A DNA stretch of 64,000 bases from NCBI GenBank assembly GCA_029944565.1, contig GCA_029944565.1_4115.1, one strand, 5' to 3'. A program made the translations under genes and the position numbers. The notes under the pieces were generated by a model, which had not been told where the DNA came from, searched no databases, and worked only from the letters and a program-made list of their open reading frames with translations. This document shows, in pieces, positions 38,566-46,656 of this stretch (positions within the stretch are counted from its first letter, which is position 1; each line of letters opens with the position of its first letter). Source of the DNA: a phage.

Positions 38566-38973
38566 TTATTCGCCCATATAGATTAAGTTATCATCGCCTA
38601 CATAGGGATCGCAAACGTTGATTTCTTCGCAGTACTTCGTGAATACATCGCCATAGTGACCTAAACCACGATCCCAAAAACCAGTTCCGTGACCTTCGCG
38701 GGTAAGGAACAGATCATGACCAGCTTGCTCATAACCGTAATCAATAAACATACCGCGAACTACTTCCAGATCATTACCGTGTTTCTCAATGAAGCGAGAA
38801 CATGCAATCACCGCCGCTTGACGTGCTTCATCAGATAACTCATAATCTTCCAGGTAATCGCCGTTATCATTATGTACAGTACTGAATTGCATAGCTTCAA
38901 TGTAAGCTACAACCATTGCAGCATGATTTTTATCGTTAGTGATGTTCCGAGCGAGATTAGTAGTAGTAGACAT
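38566..38973 (-). CDS. hypothetical protein
   Basis: 135-aa ORF. Confidence 0.6.
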   Translation of the reverse strand: MSTTTNLARNITNDKNHAAMVVAYIEAMQFSTVHNDNGDYLEDYELSDEARQAAVIACSRFIEKHGNDLEVVRGMFIDYGYEQAGHDLFLTREGHGTGFWDRGLGHYGDVFTKYCEEINVCDPYVGDDNLIYMGE

Positions 38974-38994
38974 GATTTTATTCCTTATTGTATT

Positions 38995-39053
38995 GGGGAG
39001 AACTATTCTCCCCTTGATGTAAACTATTATACAGTACTGATATACTTTGTCAA
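38995..39053 (-). promoter_or_regulatory. early promoter (TTGACA-16-TATAAT) plus leader hairpin
   Basis: near-identical copy of 38501..38559. Confidence 0.7.
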
Positions 39054-39056
39054 TAC

Positions 39057-39278
39057 TTAATTACGTTTAAAATGATATGTGCCTTTATCATCCTGTACGC
39101 CCCACACTGATTTACCATCAACACCAGTGAAACCGGATTGTAATTCAATATGGAAACCATTATTATCAACTACAAAAACTTTTTTATTTTCATCCCGATA
39201 ACATTGATATTCTGAATCAACATTAAAGGCCGCATCATTCAGAAGATTGGAAGCGTAAATGCAAGTCATTGTAGTCAT
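39057..39278 (-). CDS. hypothetical protein
   Basis: start MTTMTCIYAS; track ORF extended through leader hairpin. Confidence 0.55.
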   Translation of the reverse strand: MTTMTCIYASNLLNDAAFNVDSEYQCYRDENKKVFVVDNNGFHIELQSGFTGVDGKSVWGVQDDKGTYHFKRN

Positions 39279-39301
39279 GATTTTATTCCTTATTCTTTGA
39301 G

Positions 39302-39360
39302 GGAGAACCATTTCCCCCTCTCGATATAAAACATTATACTTGATTCTAAGTACAATGCAA
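39302..39360 (-). promoter_or_regulatory. early promoter (TTGCAT-16-TATAAT) plus leader hairpin
   Basis: hexamers and hairpin gggagaaccatttccccctc. Confidence 0.65.
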
Positions 39361-39402
39361 GTACTTTTTTAAAAATAGTTTTCAGTACTGAATACTTATA
39401 TA

Positions 39403-39487
39403 ATAGATACATTTATGCACCCTGTGGGTCAGTGAGCTATCTCTCAATGAATATATAATAGCAAAGGGACTGACCGAAGTCAATCCC
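39403..39487 (-). promoter_or_regulatory. conserved intergenic element, copy 2 (promoter TTGACT-17-TATTAT inside UUCG hairpin, then conserved core)
   Basis: core at 39403-39432; hairpin gggactgac-cgaa-gtcaatccc at 39465-39487. Confidence 0.5.
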
Positions 39488-39501
39488 TTTTTTAATCTTT
39501 T

Positions 39502-40086
39502 TTATCGTGTTATAGTTACGGCTTTTACATCCCGCTTTTTATAGTACTGATTCCAGATATTGCGGGTTAAACCGTAATCAAGTACTTTAATAAGGCCGTT
39601 GCGATCCTGGCCGATATTCTGTTTTCTGATATCTCTTATCGTTAGTGTTGACAGTGTATCATCAACGTGTTGTAGTGCATCAGCAAAGCGGTGCTGGCGT
39701 TCAATTGCATTACGTTTAATATTGTACTTTAATTCGTTGCACGCGTTAACGTGCTTTACACTGCCTTTGCTTGCAGTACTCAACCGATCCATAACGATAA
39801 ACATATTATCAGGATCGCTTAAATGCATATGCACTTTAGCAAAGTACTGTTTCAATTGAGGGCGGTCATAGTCTAAAAAATTCCATACCTTACATTCAGT
39901 TTCATTTTGTTCTACACCCGCATCACAATTGGCGACCTTAATCACTAACCGATCATTTAAAGCGAAAACTATACGGGAAGATCCCGCCCCGATGATCTCC
40001 AGGCCAGCTAACCGACAAGCTGAAAGGATCTCTTTGTTGGTTTCCATTTCTGACAGTGTACGGATGAATTTAGTATAATTACGCAT
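39502..40086 (-). CDS. protein kinase-like protein (putative)
   Basis: glycine-rich loop IGAGSSRIVF then VIKV; catalytic-loop-like NIGQDRNGLIKVLDYG; start MRNYTKF with SD aaggag. Confidence 0.4.
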   Translation of the reverse strand: MRNYTKFIRTLSEMETNKEILSACRLAGLEIIGAGSSRIVFALNDRLVIKVANCDAGVEQNETECKVWNFLDYDRPQLKQYFAKVHMHLSDPDNMFIVMDRLSTASKGSVKHVNACNELKYNIKRNAIERQHRFADALQHVDDTLSTLTIRDIRKQNIGQDRNGLIKVLDYGLTRNIWNQYYKKRDVKAVTITR

Positions 40087-40114
40087 TGCATGTTCTCCTT
40101 GAGTTAATGAAACT

Positions 40115-40143
40115 ATATTACAGTACTTTACTATCAATTGCAA
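40115..40143 (-). promoter_or_regulatory. early promoter (TTGCAA-17-TAATAT)
   Basis: hexamers on minus strand. Confidence 0.5.
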
Positions 40144-40360
40144 CTACTTTTTTAACATTAACGGCGTGGATCACTTCCTTAGTGTTTTTAGTACTGAATA
40201 CTTTCGCCGCTCCTTGTTCGACCGTGATACGATAGCGACCATTAACATCAACCATATTAATAAAGTCCGGCGTGCTGAATGGTGTTGTTTTACATTTCAG
40301 TACTGTTAACAATTCCACCAGCGATGTAGTTTCTTTGATACGTTTTTCTAAAGTAATCAT
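40118..40360 (-). CDS. hypothetical protein
   Basis: 80-aa ORF. Confidence 0.55.
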   Translation of the reverse strand: MITLEKRIKETTSLVELLTVLKCKTTPFSTPDFINMVDVNGRYRITVEQGAAKVFSTKNTKEVIHAVNVKKVVAIDSKVL

Positions 40361-40389
40361 TTTGTTTTTCCCCGTGTTGGTATGTACAT

Positions 40390-40418
40390 ATAGTACTAAA
40401 ACATTTGAGTACTGTCAA
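40390..40418 (-). promoter_or_regulatory. early promoter (TTGACA-17-TACTAT)
   Basis: ~60-bp block duplicated at 40640-40694. Confidence 0.55.
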
Positions 40419-40637
40419 TTAGATAATTGCATATTTCTTTAAAGATAATGCGTCTTGGGTTGGCTGATACTCAATGCCGTTACCGTTATCTACTTTAACT
40501 AATAAACCTTTGTCAATTAGTTTTTTAATAGTCCTTTGGCCTTGTTGAAAATTGGTAAAATGTGAATCATTACGAAAGGTATAACCGTGCTTAACTGCTT
40601 CATCAATAGTTTTCTTTTCGATTTTAGATAATTTCAT
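40419..40637 (-). CDS. hypothetical protein
   Basis: start MKLSKIEKK; track ORF extended upstream. Confidence 0.55.
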   Translation of the reverse strand: MKLSKIEKKTIDEAVKHGYTFRNDSHFTNFQQGQRTIKKLIDKGLLVKVDNGNGIEYQPTQDALSLKKYAII

Positions 40638-40665
40638 TTTGTTTCTCCCGTGTTGGTATGTGTAC

Positions 40666-40694
40666 ATAATACTAAAACAATTGAGTACTGTCAA
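40666..40694 (-). promoter_or_regulatory. early promoter (TTGACA-17-TATTAT)
   Basis: duplicate of 40390..40418 block. Confidence 0.55.
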
Positions 40695-40945
40695 CGTGAT
40701 ATTAGTTTTATTTTCTTATTATATTGTTGGTGTTCATATAGGTTTATCTTTCCTGTGTTCTCAATTACTATTCTGTTGTTAGTGTCTACATCGATTACAC
40801 GCAGTTTTCCGTTGCTTAACTTCCTTGGTAATAGGTTACCATTAATAAACTCATTAGCAAGCTGTACGGCCTTTGTGATGATTCTCTGTGGTGCTTTATA
40901 GTGTACCCGCAAGATATTATCTTTAGATAGTTGTACCTTAATCAT
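40691..40945 (-). CDS. hypothetical protein
   Basis: 84-aa ORF. Confidence 0.55.
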   Translation of the reverse strand: MIKVQLSKDNILRVHYKAPQRIITKAVQLANEFINGNLLPRKLSNGKLRVIDVDTNNRIVIENTGKINLYEHQQYNKKIKLISR

Positions 40946-40959
40946 TTTAGTTTATCCTA

Positions 40960-40986
40960 TAAAAAAGGCGGGAACTGATCCCGCCG
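40960..40986 (-). terminator. rho-independent terminator
   Basis: hairpin ggcggga-actga-tcccgcc followed by UUUUUU on minus strand. Confidence 0.55.
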
Positions 40987-41007
40987 TGTTGTTAGTACTG
41001 CAAGTTA

Positions 41008-41403
41008 TTAGATAACCTGGCGGCGTTTACTGTATACTGTTACACGATTACCCTTACGGTCGTGTCGGATCTCTTTCTGGTTGCGTACCAGTTCACTTGG
41101 ACGCTTAAGGTTTGCCAGGTGATCCGCGTGAGTCCAAGCGGTATGGTTTGTCTGTACTTTGATATCAGAATCAGCGATAAATTCATCTTGTGCGTTAAGT
41201 ACTGCCGCCAGTAAATCCGCTCGTTTTAGTTCTGCTGCTGTTAGTACTGGCTCCGGTGAATTCACGATATCAGAGATTTCTTTGAACTGTACGGCCCAGC
41301 GTTGACCTTTCGGTGCATCTTTGCCCATGTCTTTAAATGCTGCTCCTTCCTCGCGTGCAACAATACGGGCAGCTTCACGGGTAGCGTAGAATTTAGTAAT
41401 CAT
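41008..41403 (-). CDS. hypothetical protein (paralog of 52725..52991)
   Basis: shared YATREAARIAAR, FKDMG, DRKGNRVTVY; start MITKFYATRE. Confidence 0.6.
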   Translation of the reverse strand: MITKFYATREAARIVAREEGAAFKDMGKDAPKGQRWAVQFKEISDIVNSPEPVLTAAELKRADLLAAVLNAQDEFIADSDIKVQTNHTAWTHADHLANLKRPSELVRNQKEIRHDRKGNRVTVYSKRRQVI

Positions 41404-41447
41404 GGTATACATCCTATTAGTTGAGTTAGTACTACAAGTTAGAGTCT

Positions 41448-41476
41448 ATTATAAAGTACTATCTGGGCAATGTCAA
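41448..41476 (-). promoter_or_regulatory. early promoter (TTGACA-17-TATAAT)
   Basis: perfect hexamers. Confidence 0.65.
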
Positions 41477-41498
41477 ATAGTACTTTAAATGGATTCTA

Positions 41499-41822
41499 TT
41501 ACATGTCTTTCTTACGTTTTACATCGTTGTATCGAACTGTTATTTCTTTGTTAATCTCTTTTTCGATGCGGTGAATAACTTTTTCTTTCGGGTTGAAACC
41601 TATAACGGTTTCTTTAATGATCTCCAAGCCCGTGTATTCGCCTTGTGTGCCGTAACCGTATGTAAAGGTTTCATGTCCCAGGTCTTCCCAACGATCACCA
41701 ATTAACGCAGACACGTAGCAAGAGTGGTAAGTATTGCCGTGTGAATCAGTCCACCGATTAACTTTAATGTCAAAGGAGGTTACAATTTTCAGTTCTACTT
41801 TCTGGGCAAGGATCATAGCCAT
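41499..41822 (-). CDS. hypothetical protein (paralog of 48459..48782)
   Basis: shared RWTDSxGNTYHSC, FTYGY, DVKRKKD; start MAMILAQ. Confidence 0.6.
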   Translation of the reverse strand: MAMILAQKVELKIVTSFDIKVNRWTDSHGNTYHSCYVSALIGDRWEDLGHETFTYGYGTQGEYTGLEIIKETVIGFNPKEKVIHRIEKEINKEITVRYNDVKRKKDM

Positions 41823-41844
41823 TTTTATTTCTCTCTCTTTGTTA

Positions 41845-41907
41845 GGAGGGGAACCGTTTCCCCTCACTTGATGTAAACTATTATACAGTACTAAGATACT
41901 TTGTCAA
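41845..41907 (-). promoter_or_regulatory. early promoter (TTGACA-16-TATAAT) plus leader hairpin
   Basis: hairpin gaggggaaccgtttcccctc. Confidence 0.7.
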
Positions 41908-41910
41908 TAC

Positions 41911-42093
41911 TTATTTTTTGGAAAGTTTACGCATTAATTCTACGCTTTCTTGTGAACGTTTTGCTACCTGGCAAGCTGCATGGACAGTAAACATTTTTGT
42001 ATAGTCTGACGGTTTGCCACCGAACCGAGCGGCACGTTCACGGGCACTTGGAACTAATACGATTTCTTTCTTACAGATAGTGCATTTAGCCAT
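41911..42093 (-). CDS. small Cys-containing hypothetical protein
   Basis: 60-aa ORF MAKCTICKK... Confidence 0.5.
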   Translation of the reverse strand: MAKCTICKKEIVLVPSARERAARFGGKPSDYTKMFTVHAACQVAKRSQESVELMRKLSKK

Positions 42094-42113
42094 TTTTATT
42101 TCTCTCTCTTTGT

Positions 42114-42176
42114 TAGGAGGGGAACCATTCCCCCTCTCGATGTAAACTATTATACAGTACTAAGATACTTTGTCAA
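42114..42176 (-). promoter_or_regulatory. early promoter (TTGACA-16-TATAAT) plus leader hairpin
   Basis: near-identical copy of 41845..41907. Confidence 0.7.
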
Positions 42177-42179
42177 TAC

Positions 42180-42455
42180 TTAATTATTGTAAATGTCGTG
42201 AATAGTGATAAAGTTTTTACGACCGTAAACCTGCAAATCAATATCAATGTAGTGCTTATCTAGTACATCCTCGACGCTTAACGCGGTGTCGTGGATATCT
42301 TCGTAGAATTGAGGATCTACAATCTTGCTTAAGTCATCCGGCGTTAACTCATCGTTAAGCCGTTGAACCGCCTGGATATCTGCTTCACGTTTCCAGTCTT
42401 CCAGGTTAGTAGTCAGTACTTGTTCGATTTCGTTAGCTGTCAGTAGAATCCGCAT
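42180..42455 (-). CDS. hypothetical protein
   Basis: 91-aa acidic ORF. Confidence 0.6.
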   Translation of the reverse strand: MRILLTANEIEQVLTTNLEDWKREADIQAVQRLNDELTPDDLSKIVDPQFYEDIHDTALSVEDVLDKHYIDIDLQVYGRKNFITIHDIYNN

Positions 42456-42488
42456 TTTAATGTTTCCTTATCAGTGGTTGATGTAAGT

Positions 42489-42516
42489 ATTATACTCGTT
42501 TACTTTCTATTGTCAA
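42489..42516 (-). promoter_or_regulatory. early promoter (TTGACA-16-TATAAT)
   Basis: proximal of three tandem promoters. Confidence 0.6.
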
Positions 42517-42604
42517 ACTATTTTATCAGGGGAGGTTTTCTTATGTCTTACTCCTGGACTACTTAACGGGGTTACTTGTTTCGTTCCCCGTCCTGATGTA
42601 AAAT

Positions 42605-42632
42605 ATTATACTTGATTCTAAGTACAATGCAA
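42605..42632 (-). promoter_or_regulatory. early promoter (TTGCAT-16-TATAAT)
   Basis: second tandem promoter; 70-nt leader with hairpin acgggg-N14-ccccgt. Confidence 0.55.
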
Positions 42633-42662
42633 GTACTTTTTAAAAATAGTTTTCAGTACTAG

Positions 42663-42670
42663 CCACCAGC
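42663..42670. other. Chi octamer (CCACCAGC)
   Basis: exact 8-mer next to conserved element. Confidence 0.5.
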
Positions 42671-42675
42671 AAACA

Positions 42676-42755
42676 ATAGATACATTTATGCACCCTGTGG
42701 GCTGATTTGTTTCTATGCGTATATAATAGCAAAGGGACTGACCGGAGTCAATCCC
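42676..42755 (-). promoter_or_regulatory. conserved intergenic element, copy 3 (promoter TTGACT-17-TATTAT inside hairpin, then core)
   Basis: core at 42676-42704; hairpin gggactgac-cgga-gtcaatccc. Confidence 0.5.
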
Positions 42756-42769
42756 TTTTTCAATTATTT

Positions 42770-42919
42770 TTAAACTTGTTTCGGGTTGCGATAGGTGATA
42801 GCGTTCGGGTACATTTGTTTAATGTTATTCCATGCCTGGTTAACATTGTAACCACTTGAGCGAATCAGTTGGTTGCTACCGACACCTTGAAACACTACTT
42901 CGAATAAGAATTCTTTCAT
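42770..42919 (-). CDS. small hypothetical protein (~49 aa)
   Basis: ATGA-coupled to upstream small ORF; below ORF-track cutoff. Confidence 0.35.
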   Translation of the reverse strand: MKEFLFEVVFQGVGSNQLIRSSGYNVNQAWNNIKQMYPNAITYRNPKQV

Positions 42920-43092
42920 GCTTTCACCTCGCTATCTTCTTTACCTTTACGCCAGGACATTACTAATTGTTCGCGTTGCCATAAGTCGAGTGATACAAAA
43001 AGTTTTGCGGTATCACTTTTAGGATACTCGCCATTAGTACCTAACCGATAAAACAGATCTTTCAGTACTGATAATTCTACTTGGATCATTTT
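42916..43092 (-). CDS. small hypothetical protein (~58 aa)
   Basis: ATGA-coupled on both sides. Confidence 0.35.
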   Translation of the reverse strand, partial: KMIQVELSVLKDLFYRLGTNGEYPKSDTAKLFVSLDLWQREQLVMSWRKGKEDSEVKA

Positions 43093-43178
43093 ATTACTCC
43101 TGATTGCGTTAATACTTCTACTATTGCATGAATGATCATAAGTACAGCTAAAACAATAATCATCGGATTCATTTGCAT
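43089..43178 (-). CDS. hydrophobic micro-protein (29 aa, MQMNPMIIVLAVLMIIHAIVEVL...)
   Basis: SD aaggag 8 nt upstream; single predicted TM helix. Confidence 0.35.
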
Positions 43179-43195
43179 AAGCTGTACTCCTTATA

Positions 43196-43408
43196 TTAAT
43201 CTTTCAGCCAATGATCTTGAATGAATTTTTCACAGAATCCCTGTTTCATGGATTCTAACAGGCGTTCGCGGTGAGCGTTGGCAAATTGCTCAGTACTATG
43301 CGTTACGCCAGGCTGATAACGTGATACCCCATCCGGTCCGATGTATTGAACATCCCACGGTTTTTCATTAGTATCAGACCATTTACGAACGATTAGTTGA
43401 CCTTGCAT
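43196..43408 (-). CDS. hypothetical protein
   Basis: 70-aa ORF. Confidence 0.6.
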   Translation of the reverse strand: MQGQLIVRKWSDTNEKPWDVQYIGPDGVSRYQPGVTHSTEQFANAHRERLLESMKQGFCEKFIQDHWLKD

Positions 43409-43425
43409 TTTTCTTTCCTCTCAGT

Positions 43426-43485
43426 GGGGAGAATCATTTCTCCCCTTCATGTAACTTATTATACAGTACTAGATTACATTGTCAA
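43426..43485 (-). promoter_or_regulatory. early promoter (TTGACA-16-TATAAT) plus leader hairpin
   Basis: hairpin ggggagaa-tcat-ttctcccc. Confidence 0.7.
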
Positions 43486-43491
43486 TAGTTT

Positions 43492-43815
43492 TTATTCACC
43501 TTGTTTGAATTTAGTTTTCTCCATTGATTCCATGATTGCAACCAATACGCCGTGGATCTCGCTTAACGTGGAATCACTAAAAGCATTAATGAATAGTCGA
43601 TCATTCTCACGAATATTTTTAATGTACTTTTCAGCAGTAGTTGCGAATTCATTCAACGGTAGATCAAATGCTTTATCCCATGATGGATGGCGTAATTGTA
43701 ACAGTACTGGATTATCACGATCACCAGGGGAAAACGTACCAGTGATGAAACATACGCCCGGAATACTTTCGAACTGGCAACGGACTTCCTTTGTGATAGT
43801 AGTATGAATGTACAT
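43492..43815 (-). CDS. hypothetical protein
   Basis: 107-aa ORF. Confidence 0.6.
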   Translation of the reverse strand: MYIHTTITKEVRCQFESIPGVCFITGTFSPGDRDNPVLLQLRHPSWDKAFDLPLNEFATTAEKYIKNIRENDRLFINAFSDSTLSEIHGVLVAIMESMEKTKFKQGE

Positions 43816-43842
43816 TTATTGTTATCCTCTATTAAATTAATA

Positions 43843-44031
43843 TTACAGTTTATGAATCAATTCTTTATCTAAGCGATAGCGTACATTATTAATAGTAACG
43901 GCATTGTTTTTAATGCTACGCTGTACAGGTCCACCAGCAATAACAAACGTTGCTTTATTACCCCGAACAATGATAGCACTTCCAGGATTACCGAAATCAT
44001 CTTGTACTAAAATACTTGATAAGTTTTCCAT
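43843..44031 (-). CDS. hypothetical protein
   Basis: 62-aa ORF. Confidence 0.55.
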   Translation of the reverse strand: MENLSSILVQDDFGNPGSAIIVRGNKATFVIAGGPVQRSIKNNAVTINNVRYRLDKELIHKL

Positions 44032-44050
44032 TTTTTATTTCCTCTTAGTA

Positions 44051-44107
44051 GGGGAAGATGTTTCCCCTTGATGTAAGTATTATAACAGTACTGAAAACTA
44101 AATGCAA
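44051..44107 (-). promoter_or_regulatory. early promoter (TTGCAT-17-TATAAT) plus leader hairpin
   Basis: hairpin ggggaa-gatgt-ttcccc. Confidence 0.6.
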
Positions 44108-44110
44108 GTA

Positions 44111-44467
44111 CTATGATAAAATCATGATAGGATATTCACTATCGATCAGTACCTCGAATCCGAAACCTTCGTACCATTCTTTAAGATTGAAGGCGTTATC
44201 TTCTCCTGTATCGCATTCTAAAATGATACAATCTGAATCATCGGCGGCATCAATAAAGGCATTCATTAATTCGTTACCTTCACCATTGCCCCGACTATCA
44301 GGATCAACATAAAGAGAATCAATAAACGCTACACGGTCATAATCAAGATCCGGTGCAATGATTCCACGTTTAACAAACCAGTACTGCAATTGTGCTACTT
44401 TGCCCTGTACTTGATAGCCAGTGATCTCGCCATTGTCAGTAGTACGCGTGATATGTTGTATTCCCAT
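44111..44467 (-). CDS. GNAT-like N-acetyltransferase (tentative)
   Basis: LYVDPDSRGNGEGNELMNAFIDAA resembles GNAT motif A; by eye only. Confidence 0.3.
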   Translation of the reverse strand: MGIQHITRTTDNGEITGYQVQGKVAQLQYWFVKRGIIAPDLDYDRVAFIDSLYVDPDSRGNGEGNELMNAFIDAADDSDCIILECDTGEDNAFNLKEWYEGFGFEVLIDSEYPIMILS

Positions 44468-44496
44468 GATTTCAATCCTCAGTTAAGATATAAAAT

Positions 44497-44524
44497 ATTA
44501 TACACTATCTTTCAGTACTGTCAA
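44497..44524 (-). promoter_or_regulatory. early promoter (TTGACA-16-TATAAT)
   Basis: perfect hexamers, no leader hairpin. Confidence 0.65.
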
Positions 44525-44530
44525 TACTTT

Positions 44531-44788
44531 TTATCTCATAGATCTATGCCAACAATTACGCGGGGGACGTTTAAAAGTACTATCATGATCCTCCTGGCAA
44601 GTTATGCAGTACTTACATCCCTTAACGGCCTGGCGTCGATTCTCAGGGATTATATCGCCGCAGTCGAGGCAATGTATCAGTGATTCTATTTGTGCGTTAA
44701 TTTGCTTTCTAGCGTGGTTAACGGCGGCCTGAATCACTGCGTTAATCTCGTCTTGTTCGGCCCCATCTTTCGCGAATCCTACAGCCAT
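44531..44788 (-). CDS. TraR/DksA-family C4 zinc-finger protein (putative)
   Basis: CLDCG-N17-CKYCITC spacing (CxxC-N17-CxxC). Confidence 0.5.
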   Translation of the reverse strand: MAVGFAKDGAEQDEINAVIQAAVNHARKQINAQIESLIHCLDCGDIIPENRRQAVKGCKYCITCQEDHDSTFKRPPRNCWHRSMR

Positions 44789-45039
44789 TATTTTAACCTC
44801 ATTATAAAAATACTATAGTACTGTAATGCGACAATAATATTACTTGTTCTTACTTTTTCCAATCCACATGATACCACATATTCATCCCCATATGTGCGAA
44901 ACGATACACCATGAAAATTTTTATACACTTGCACTACTAATCATAACCTTTCGTCTAACCAACTGCATAGAATTATACTACTTTACGCAAATTGATCAAG
45001 TATTGATCAGATCATTTTTTGATCAATATTATACAGTTA

Positions 45040-45115
45040 CATTTGTGCACCCTATGGGTTAGTGACGTTCTCGTCTTGATGTAAGTATTATGCCAGTACT
45101 TGATGATATTGTCAA
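45040..45115 (-). promoter_or_regulatory. orphan promoter (TTGACA-17-CATAAT) with conserved transcribed core, no ORF downstream
   Basis: hexamers at 45087-45115; transcript begins acttacatcaagacgagaacgtcactaacccatagggtgc. Confidence 0.5.
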
Positions 45116-45119
45116 TAGT

Positions 45120-45317
45120 TTATTTTAATTTTTTTCTGTCATTGATTAATGCTTTCAGTACTATACTAATGATTTGCAATGATTCATCAATGACTATAAA
45201 ATTATTCTCTTTCATTAGATGATAGTTACCATTGATTGTATATTCTAAGGAGTACTGTTTACGTTTAATTTTTGATAATGTTTCTATTTGTTTTTGTACT
45301 GATTTCATGCTAATCAT
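45120..45317 (-). CDS. hypothetical protein
   Basis: 65-aa ORF. Confidence 0.5.
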   Translation of the reverse strand: MISMKSVQKQIETLSKIKRKQYSLEYTINGNYHLMKENNFIVIDESLQIISIVLKALINDRKKLK

Positions 45318-45393
45318 TGTTAAACGTCCTGTAACGCATTCTAACGAGATAAACGGTTTAGTACTGGCATTGTATAGGGTAATGAATTAAAGC

Positions 45394-45401
45394 CCACCAG
45401 C
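45394..45401. other. Chi octamer (CCACCAGC)
   Basis: exact 8-mer within hairpin agcccaccagcg... Confidence 0.45.
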
Positions 45402-45422
45402 GTTAACCAGTGGGCTATAATC

Positions 45423-45557
45423 TTACATCTTGCGGATAATCTTAACAGTATCTTTCACCGATTTACCGTCTTGCTGGCATTGCTCGATCATTGCGTATTG
45501 TTCTGCTGTAAGATCCTCGCCAGTTTTTGCCAGTACTGCGTCGATGAATGAATCCAG
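45423..45557 (-). CDS. small hypothetical protein (~44 aa)
   Basis: downstream of promoter 45602..45629; below ORF-track cutoff. Confidence 0.4.
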   Translation of the reverse strand: MDSFIDAVLAKTGEDLTAEQYAMIEQCQQDGKSVKDTVKIIRKM

Positions 45558-45601
45558 TGCGATCATTTTGTTTCTCTCTTAGGTTAAGTTAACTACTGTT
45601 T

Positions 45602-45629
45602 ATAAAACTTATTATACAGTACTATCAAA
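45602..45629 (-). promoter_or_regulatory. early promoter (TTGACA-16-TATAAT)
   Basis: perfect hexamers. Confidence 0.65.
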
Positions 45630-45665
45630 CGTTGTCAATATCTTTAATAGTACTGGTAATATATT

Positions 45666-45845
45666 TTAGCGGTAATCGTCGTATGCTTTATTCACCTGGC
45701 GAATGTAACTTTCAAAGGCTTCGTCTACCGTTTCATACTCCCGAACATAATCACCATAGGAAACTACATACATACCTTTTTGATCTTCAAACGACATGAT
45801 GATAGAATCCAGGCCGATGATTTCAGTTTTTGCGATGATAGCCAT
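45666..45845 (-). CDS. hypothetical protein
   Basis: start MAIIAKTEI with SD aaggaa; track ORF extends upstream. Confidence 0.55.
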   Translation of the reverse strand: MAIIAKTEIIGLDSIIMSFEDQKGMYVVSYGDYVREYETVDEAFESYIRQVNKAYDDYR

Positions 45846-45879
45846 TTTTAATTCCTTAGTAGTGTAGTTGATAAAAGTT

Positions 45880-45908
45880 ATTATGCCAGTACTATCAATC
45901 AGTGTCAA
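45880..45908 (-). promoter_or_regulatory. early promoter (TTGACA-17-CATAAT)
   Basis: same subtype as 45087..45115 and 48826..48854. Confidence 0.55.
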
Positions 45909-45928
45909 TAGTACTGTGATAATATTTT

Positions 45929-46141
45929 TTAGTTAATAATAGTCAGTGTAAAATTGTAATCCCCTGCCTGGTATAGTACTTTATCGCCGAACGTTCCAAC
46001 ACGTTTCATATTGCAATAGATACCCATAACACTTTTTACATCTTTGATATTCCGAACGCCAGTAATATCCTTGTTTAAATGATCGTGATCAGAAAATAAA
46101 ACTTGTTTTGCATTTTTCAGTACAGTGCAGATATTAGCCAT
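45929..46141 (-). CDS. hypothetical protein
   Basis: 70-aa ORF. Confidence 0.6.
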   Translation of the reverse strand: MANICTVLKNAKQVLFSDHDHLNKDITGVRNIKDVKSVMGIYCNMKRVGTFGDKVLYQAGDYNFTLTIIN

Positions 46142-46161
46142 TTTGTTTTCTCTCTGTTAGT

Positions 46162-46221
46162 GGGGAGAATCATTTCTCCCCTTCATGTAACTTATTATAC
46201 AGTACTATAATCTATTGTCAA
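46162..46221 (-). promoter_or_regulatory. early promoter (TTGACA-16-TATAAT) plus leader hairpin
   Basis: hairpin ggggagaa-tcat-ttctcccc. Confidence 0.7.
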
Positions 46222-46235
46222 ACTATTTTTTTATA

Positions 46236-46577
46236 TTATTCGAAATCTTCTGGACCGGACTGATAATCATCTTCACCGTATGCACTTTCTAACTTCTCGC
46301 CAGTGTGATCATCAGTTAGTGAATCATCCTCATAATTCACGTCTACGCCTACAATGTAAAACTGGCTATCGTCTGGATCATTGAAATTAATTTTCTGAAT
46401 GTTTACAATAACTGTATTGATGCCCAGGACACAGCCATCAGCCGTTACAAAGTACTGATAGTTTTCACAACCGCCTGAATTGAAACCGTAATTGATTTCG
46501 GCCCGACCATCATTTAAACGCAGTGCCTGGGCGATGATTTCGTTTTCAAAGTTAGATTGAGCAATTGAGATAGTCAT
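46236..46577 (-). CDS. hypothetical acidic protein
   Basis: 113-aa ORF, Asp/Glu-rich C-terminus. Confidence 0.6.
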   Translation of the reverse strand: MTISIAQSNFENEIIAQALRLNDGRAEINYGFNSGGCENYQYFVTADGCVLGINTVIVNIQKINFNDPDDSQFYIVGVDVNYEDDSLTDDHTGEKLESAYGEDDYQSGPEDFE

Positions 46578-46597
46578 GATTCGTTTCCTTATTACTA

Positions 46598-46656
46598 GGG
46601 GAAACCGTTTCCCCTTTCGATGTAAAACATTATACGCTTATTGAGATAGTTTGCAA
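46598..46656 (-). promoter_or_regulatory. early promoter (TTGCAA-16-TATAAT) plus leader hairpin
   Basis: hairpin ggggaaa-ccg-tttcccc. Confidence 0.65.
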
